A stretch of 64,000 nt of DNA from Octopus vulgaris. Lineage: Eukaryota. The first letter of the stretch is position 1, and each line of letters begins with the position of its first letter. Location: NCBI GenBank assembly GCA_951406725.2, contig OX597837.1, forward strand, positions 36,208,001 to 36,272,000, read 5' to 3'. A program made the translations under genes and the position numbers. Below are positions 56,865 through 64,000 of this stretch, one piece after another. The notes beneath the pieces were generated by a model. The model ran no database searches. It saw only the letters and a list, made by a program, of their open reading frames with translations, and was not told the DNA's origin.

Positions 56865-57251
56865 GGAAGCACTCCGTCGGTTACGACGATGAGGGTTCCG
56901 GTTGATCCGAATCAACGGAACAGCCTGCTCGTGAAATTAACATGTAAGTGGCTGAGCACTCCACAGACACGTGCACCCTTAACGTAGTTCTCGGGGATAT
57001 TCAGCGTGACACAGAGAGTGACAAAGCCGGCCCCTTGAAATACAGGTACAACAGAAACAGGAAGTAAGAGTGAGAGAGAAAGTTGTGGTGAAAGAGTACA
57101 GCAGGGATCACCACCATCCCCTGCCGGAGCCTCGTGGAGCTTTTAGGTGTTTTCGCTCAATAAACACTCACAACGCCCGGTCTGGGAATCGAAACCGCGA
57201 TCGTATGACCGCGAGTCCGCTGCTCTAACCACTGGACCATTGCGCCTCCAC
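56865..57251 (-). mobile_element. SINE family C, full length
   Basis: Near-identical to 28887-29270. Confidence 0.92.
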
Positions 57252-57673
57252 TACTGAGATACTGATTGATTGTCATCAGTATTGATCACAACTACAAAAT
57301 TTCAATCATTGTTTCAGAATATGTTCTTCCCATTAAAACTGGGGTCTAAATTAGGCCCAAGGGTTGAAGCTTTGAAGGAAATAGGTTTGTCCATAGCATC
57401 AATCCCTGTGCTTGACCGCTACATTATTTTTATCGATCCTGAAAGGAAAAATGGCGAAGTTGATCTCAGCAGGATTTGAACTCAGAACTATCAAGATTGC
57501 TTGTTAAGGTCATCAATACAGATATTCTACAGAAATCATAACCAGTCTGGGAATCGAACTCACAACCTCACGATCGTAAGCTCGACGCTCTAACCACTGA
57601 ACCATGCGCCTTAACAATAATAACATCGAAAAATTCTTTAGGAATGAGAACCCAGGTTCGAAATTTCCCCCAA

Positions 57674-57719
57674 GGCACCTGATGAAGGCTGGAGGGTATA
57701 TCAGCCGAAACATTGTGTT
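57674..57719 (+). ncRNA. Minimal type-I hammerhead ribozyme-like motif (Penelope-associated type)
   Basis: GGCAC-CTGATGA-A-GGCTG(loop)CAGCC-GAAA-CAT-T-GTGTT. Core boxes intact, 5-bp stem II, stem I GGCAC/GTGTT. Stem III ACAT looks like a decayed ACGT palindrome. Confidence 0.7.
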
Positions 57720-57834
57720 AACAACAAACAAGATGAGGACAAATATCCGTCAATTGTAAATAATGTAAATAATGTACGTAATTCCTCATCTCTTAAATAC
57801 AGAACTGAGTGAGATCGACGATGTAAAAAAGGTA

Positions 57835-57883
57835 ACGAGTATATATGCCATATTTCGGGACTTTTTGCCCTTCATCAGCTCCT
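57835..57883 (-). ncRNA. Minimal type-I hammerhead ribozyme-like motif
   Basis: Minus strand AGGAG-CTGATGA-A-GGGC(aaaaa)GTCC-C-GAAA-TATGGCATATAT-A-CTCGT. Core intact, stem III ATAT/ATAT, UA cleavage site, stem I GAG/CTC. Confidence 0.7.
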
Positions 57884-58129
57884 ATCTAACCTCTTAATTA
57901 TCTACGAACGCATTGCTTCAACACCTACTATATATAGCGATGTAAACGTCATTTGATGTACTAGTTTTATATATTAAACGTATTTCTTACAACTGCTACA
58001 ACTTGATTCTAAAGCCGCATTCCTAGTGCCCGCCTCTGTTACCATCACAGACATATACCATTTTCTGCAGCAAATTCAAAACAACAGTATTTCACAAATA
58101 AAACTTAACCAGATTAACCCTTTATTTGG

Positions 58130-58243
58130 TTTGTCTTTTTTTTACACCCTTTGCTCCGTCTTGGTCACCCCATTTTTTCTCAATGCCCCCTGGATCTTTC
58201 CATCGCCCCCAGAAGGGCAGTACCGCCCACTTTGGGAACCACT
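58130..58243. mobile_element. hAT-like transposon terminus
   Basis: Ends cgcccactttgggaaccactg (reverse complement CAGTGGTTCCCAAA, hAT/Charlie-type TIR). Partner end not found. Confidence 0.45.
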
Positions 58244-58438
58244 GCCGTCACGCCATTTTGTCCCATCAAATAAATAAAAGAATTTCCTTCTGCTTGGTTG
58301 AGAGTTTACCTTTTATCGTTTATCTTTCACTTGTATCAGTCATGAGACTGCGGTCATGCTGGGGCACCGCACTTTGAAGCATGTTTAGCTGAACAAATGG
58401 ATCCCAGTGCTTGTTTGTTTTTTTTAATTTGAGCAGAA

Positions 58439-58693
58439 ATGAGAGAAAACGTAGCAACCAAAATGGATAGACGAATGTTGAGGTGGCTTGGTCACATGGA
58501 GAGGATAAATAAGGGGCAGATGATAAGGAGGGTGATGAAAGCAGAAGTGGTAGGCAGCAGAACCAGGGGCAAACCTCGGTTTGTGTAGATGGATTGAATG
58601 AGGAAAGCTTTGGTGGTTAGTGGTGTTGGAGTGAGAGAGGCAAGAGGGTTTATAAATGATAGGAAAGCTTCGAGAGTGTTTTTGGATGGATGA
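58439..58693 (+). pseudogene. RTE-clade LINE ORF C-terminal fragment
   Basis: Translates MRENVATKMDRRMLRWLGHMERINKGQMIRRVMKAEVVGSRTRGKPRFV*MD*MRKAL...DRKASR, matching the LRW.GH..R...G.R.RG.PR..W.D signature. Two stops. Confidence 0.85.
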
Positions 58694-59081
58694 GTGAATT
58701 TGATGTTGTTCAAAGGGGTACGGAACCAGCATATGCTCTCGGGCCCCACTGCTGATATTGGGGGTTGCGTTCTATGCCTTGACCCGAGAATAAGTCCTGG
58801 AGTCTTACAAAGAATAAGTCGAATTGCTCGACTAAAGGCGGTGCTCCAGCATGGCCGCAATCAAAATGACTGAAACAAATTAAAGAATAAAAGAATACCA
58901 CGGAAATCTCGAAGCTCCAAGATAATCCGTGGTTAATTCGAAACAATGTGAATAAATAATTAGCTTAATTAATAAAATAATCTGAATGTTGAAAGGTTAA
59001 AACGAATTTTCTTACGGCAAAAATGTTTACAGAAAAATTCCCTGTAGCCCTCAGTCACTCTGTGTGTGTGTGTGTGTGTGT

Positions 59082-59144
<63 letters not shown>

Positions 59145-60332
59145 ATATATAGCAGGCAATTTCATACACACATTTCTGGTTTTATATCAGTGACCTTCTC
59201 CTACAGACGTGCTTTAACAAAAGCTAAGGGGTTTCTCACATCCAGTGGTATTCCAGATCGCCGGGTTCCAGCCCGGAATTTCTGAGGGACCCTGTTGTTG
59301 CTAGGTTGCCGTTGAGCTTACACCAGGTTCATCCATTCTTTTGAAAGATCCTATTCATACTCACATACACAACCCATAAATGTATTTGAAATCTCACACA
59401 CGGCTATAGTTCGATAACTAAACGGAAACGACTTCACTTCCTTCAACGGCCATCACTGCCCGACTTCTTCACTACCACGTTCCTAAATATGATAACTTAA
59501 AGCTAATAACTAAATCCTCGTTAGTTTAACGCTAAAATACTAAAAAAAACATAGTCGTACGCCATTTTCTTTGTGTACCTCTTTGTCAGCAGCAGTTCTG
59601 CCACTCATAAATATATTTTTACATGAATGATATTACATATTTATCCAAATAAATATTAAACAGAAACACTCTTTCGCTGTTTTTTTGTCCATTTTTTTTT
59701 TTCACTTGCTGCATTAAACATTAAGACCAAGCCATTTGTTATGAATGACTCTGAACAACACCAAAAGAGGCTGCTATTTATTTTCCTCCCATCATGTCAT
59801 GCTTTTGATGTTGCTATAACCGTAATATGGTGTTATATTTTGCTCACCCTAATTCGTTCATATGCATTATTCTATACTGAATATCTGAGCTGGCAGTGGA
59901 TTTGCAAAGCAAATATCTTTATTACTAACGTAAACTGACGATATTATGGTATTAGGAAACAGCTGCTCTTTTGGTTGTTCTTCAGAATCAACGATGAAAA
60001 AAAAAAGGGCGTTTGTTTTATTCCACGTAAAACGTTTATCGTGAAAAACATTACAGAAACATTTGTTTTTTTTATTTTACAAAACAAACAAAACTGTTTT
60101 TGTAGCCTTTTCTTATTATAGTTCCGTTTATTTTTCGTCTTGATCCGTAAGGCGAAAAGACGTTAGCAAAATACCTCATGTCTCCAAATATATGTTTATC
60201 GTAAAACCGGTGTAAACAGCAAAACAATCTTATTATTGTCATTTGCATAACTGCTGAGGCTGACATCTGATGAGCAAAGTCAATTTTTCCATCAACCGTC
60301 GGAGAAAAAGAAGCAATGTGACCTGAGATTGC

Positions 60333-60363
<31 letters not shown>

Positions 60364-60419
60364 TGTATGTATGTATGTATGTGTGGATGGGTGGATGGGT
60401 GGATGGATGGATGGATGAG

Positions 60420-60870
60420 AGAGAGTACCCAAAAGTAACTGGAAACGTTCTCTGTGGGACAAACCAGTTGTAGTTTAGACTTCCGCTTCTAGAAGCCACT
60501 TGATGCATCCTTCAGGCATCAGTCTTCGAACCGGCGTCATCGAGTGAAATCGTTCAGCCACGTGGTGCGTCTTTGTTTTACAGTGTACTTGTCCTCAATT
60601 CATCTATTTTTGCGATTTCTGTTTTCTGATGGGGAAAATGGAGGCCAAAACAGTTGTCATGCTCCAAACAGCTTACAAGGACGCTGCCTTGAGTGAAACA
60701 CAAGTTTATGAGTGGTTTTCATGCTTTAGGAATGGTCACTTGTCACTTGAAAACCAATGTCGTTCAGGGCAATTGTCGACCTCCCGAATGAATGAAAACA
60801 TCACGAAAATTCATGAAATGATCTTGGAGACACCATCGCCGAACAACTGACAAACTTGTTGATATGACTG
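60420..60870 (+). mobile_element. Decayed mariner transposon 5' portion (N-terminal HTH domain of transposase)
   Basis: ORF 60629-60850 GKMEAKTVVMLQTAYKDAALSETQVYEWFSCFRNGHLSLENQCRSGQLSTS matches the mariner HTH pattern (AY...LS..QVYEWF..F..G..S.E...RSGRP). Confidence 0.85.
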
Positions 60871-60982
60871 CATATGACTGAAAAAAAACTCAAGCCAGAT
60901 GTTCATTCCACATCATTCAATCGAGACAGCTGGCATGGAAGAGTTGCACTGGTCCAGGCAAGTTGACTGACGAGATGATGAC

Positions 60983-61022
<40 letters not shown>

Positions 61023-61563
61023 GCGATGGTGACGATGATGATGACGATGATGACGATAATGATGACATGGACAACGACGACGACAATAATGATGACGACG
61101 GTGATGATGATGATTACGATGATGACGATGATAATGAAGATGATGATGATGAAAATGATGATGATGACAATGAAGATGATGACGATGATGATGACAACGA
61201 CGACGATAATGATGATGATAATAATGATGATGACGACGAGGATGGTGATGGTATGATTTGGTTTTATTTTCAAGACTCCCTTCGTGTAATCCTCCTTTCG
61301 TAACTCCCTTATAGAACTGCATTCTTACCTGGTCCTAATACTCTCGCTTCTACTCTCTTCCAACCACTTTTTCTCAATCGCTCTCCTCACTTAGCATTTC
61401 TCTATATAGTTTTCTTCTGAAGAAGGACTAAAATCCAAAGCGTTCTAATTATTTCCCTTTTTTAAGCGTTAAGGTTATACATCTGCTAAAACTTGTCCCA
61501 CATGTGGTGTCTTCTATCTCATTATTATTATTGTCATCATTATTATTATTTCTCCCTTTCTCT

Positions 61564-61625
<62 letters not shown>

Positions 61626-61679
61626 TGACTGCTAGCCGCTAAAGCTTTTCATTCTCCCTCTATTTATTTTCTTGTGTTC

Positions 61680-61715
61680 CTTTCTGTTGAAGAGCGTAGG
61701 ATCGAAACGTAAAAG
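61680..61715 (+). ncRNA. Degenerate minimal hammerhead motif
   Basis: CTTT-CTGtTGA-A-GAGC(gtag)GaTC-GAAACGT-A-AAAG. Palindromic ACGT, stem I CTTT/AAAG, core A6 replaced by U. Confidence 0.55.
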
Positions 61716-61848
61716 ACTTTCTCACATTGCCGAGTATTAAATAAATACACCTGTTTGTTGTTTATACACCTGTCTTCGTCTTTCTTTTTTTTTTTGTAAA
61801 TTTCAACTATATATATATATATGTATGTACACACACACACACACACAC

Positions 61849-61926
<78 letters not shown>

Positions 61927-63004
61927 ATAGCTAACACACGGTAACAACGTCTGAAAATGAAGTCAGAACTATCAAATGTACAAACAAATATGATAAATGC
62001 TCATGCAGAGAAAAATCAAAATGTCTTTTGATGAACCTCTGTATGAGTACAAAAGCCTGTATATAAATGTACCGTGCACACAAGGGGAGGGATCATTCGC
62101 TTACAGCTGATTCATTTAGGAGACATTCAAAACCTTTGACCGATTTTGTGTGACAACTAAAAGAAGATAAATTTAAATATAGCGTATCTTGGTCGATAGT
62201 AAGGTACGCAAAACCATACAATATCATTTCCACGAGATGCCGATTCTGCTCCGAGGAATCCCTGTCTGTTCTGTAAACCAATGAGAAGATCATTAATAGA
62301 ATTTCTGAAAGACTCTCAAGATGCCTACATGCGTATAAATGCATTTTCACACAATGCAGTGGGAATGAATTTGAGTAACTGTTAACATAATTTACTTTAA
62401 AATATCGATAAATTAAGTTTAACTTTAACCTCTCCGTTCTTATAAACACCAAGTAGCTATTTTACTCGCTTTATGATCGTGTATGCATGAAACCACACGT
62501 GTGCGTATGCTTACATTGTCGTGGACGCTTGTATGAGCGAGTGTACACGCGCTATGAAGCTTACGCGAGGGCGTTTATATATCCATATCTGTTAACTGTT
62601 ATTTTCGATACTTTTCTCGCTGTATTGCGTGTTCGTTTCTTTTTTGCATCCGTGATTTTATTCTTGATATTCTATAGAAATGAAGATATTTCCTTCGTTT
62701 TGCTGCTTGTTTTTTGTTTCTACGAAATGAAAAGACACATTGAGGAAGTGTTATCTTAAGTTGTATCTTATTTATCATCGGATGAGACATATCTGCACCG
62801 CCGGACGCTCCTGAATCAGTTGTTAAGTGTTCCATCCGTCAGGGATTGATGCAAGGCGTGTGGAAACAATTGTTGTGATTAATAAAAATTCTCGTATATA
62901 TTCCATCTTTCGTCTTTCATTTATCATATATGTGTGTATATAAATATATATGTATATGTGTGTGTGTATGTATGTATGTATGTATGTATGTATGTATGTA
63001 TATG

Positions 63005-63054
<50 letters not shown>

Positions 63055-63207
63055 TGTATATATGTGCATTTATATGCATATATATGTGTGTGCGTGTGTA
63101 TGTATATATATATATATATGTATATATCTATGTCTATCTGTTTCTCTATCTCTATATATACATACATATACACATATACATATATATGTGTATACATATA
63201 TATATGC

Positions 63208-63307
<100 letters not shown>

Positions 63308-63404
63308 TAAGGAAATAATGTTATTCTCAAACGCAGGATGGTACTAATGATATAGCATGAACAGGATAAACTATGCATATTTTGCAGAAAAATCTGTCGG
63401 CAGC

Positions 63405-63475
63405 CAGCCATGAGACTTCAACTCACATCCATATGATTACGCGTTAAGTGCTTTACCATTAAGCTAAACTGCTCC
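63405..63475 (-). pseudogene. Degenerate tRNA-like sequence or SINE head
   Basis: Minus strand ggagcagtttagcttaatggtaaagcac...gagttgaagtctc has an A-box-like TAGCTTAATGG and a decayed B box. Cloverleaf not intact. Confidence 0.4.
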
Positions 63476-64000
63476 AACGACAAATTCTTCTGCAAATTTA
63501 GAATAGTATATGTGTGTGTGTATGCGCACACATACATACACACACATGCACATAAATACACTCACCTACAAACACATACATGCATATACATACAAACAAT
63601 ATTTTATCTCTCTGTTCCCATCATGTACGAGTTAATATGGCAGAATGCTACGAAAACCAGAACGGTACTCGAATTCTAAGCAGAAGGAGGACTCACTCCA
63701 ATTAGTATACAGAACAAAAACAAGGAAACAAAAGGAAGCAGGAACCCAAAAAAAAAACTCCAAAGTTTGGTAAATCTAGGAATCGGAGAACCAGGAAAGG
63801 AAAACTGCAGAATTCCAGAATGTCTGTAATATATTGTCTAGGATAACATTAATAAAAGTTATTTCGTATTATTGAAATTATGAGAGAGTGGGGAAGAGGG
63901 AGGAGTGGGGTGGTGAGTGGGGGTGGGGTGTAGGTGTGTGTTGGGAGTAAAGTAACTGCATTATTTTATTGAATTCTACACATGTTTCGAATGTATATAA

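Noticed and set aside
59180-59290. Acceptor-like tgaccttctcctacag followed by a short open frame
   Set aside because: No recognisable protein or partner exon. Such motifs arise often by chance.
62093-62452. Possible decayed GIY-YIG fragment
   Set aside because: Resemblance requires several frameshifts and is not supportable by eye.

Overview
AT-rich, repeat-saturated eukaryotic genomic DNA. The SINE families and extreme microsatellite load suggest an octopus or other coleoid cephalopod, which is an inference. No intact host protein-coding exon can be supported, and nearly all ORFs in the track are translations of simple repeats. Supported content: (i) dozens of tRNA-headed SINEs of at least three modular families; (ii) a ~1.8 kb 5'-truncated Tx1-clade LINE (end of RT plus CCHC finger, one frameshift) and a second short copy, both embedded in (CTAT)n arrays; (iii) decayed fragments of RLE-type (R4/Dong-like, HERO-like) and RTE retrotransposons, mariner transposases, a Tc1/mariner-type MITE and hAT-like ends; (iv) about ten minimal type-I hammerhead-ribozyme-like motifs of the kind associated with Penelope-like elements, including a convergent pair at 57.7-57.9 kb; (v) a motif-dense promoter-like island at 23.9-24.9 kb, a CTCF-like site and a possible minus-strand first micro-exon. 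The most interesting signals are the apparent (GATA)n-targeting Tx1 element, a SINE whose 3' tail resembles that LINE's 3' end, and the dispersed hammerhead motifs. All alignments and folds were done by eye.
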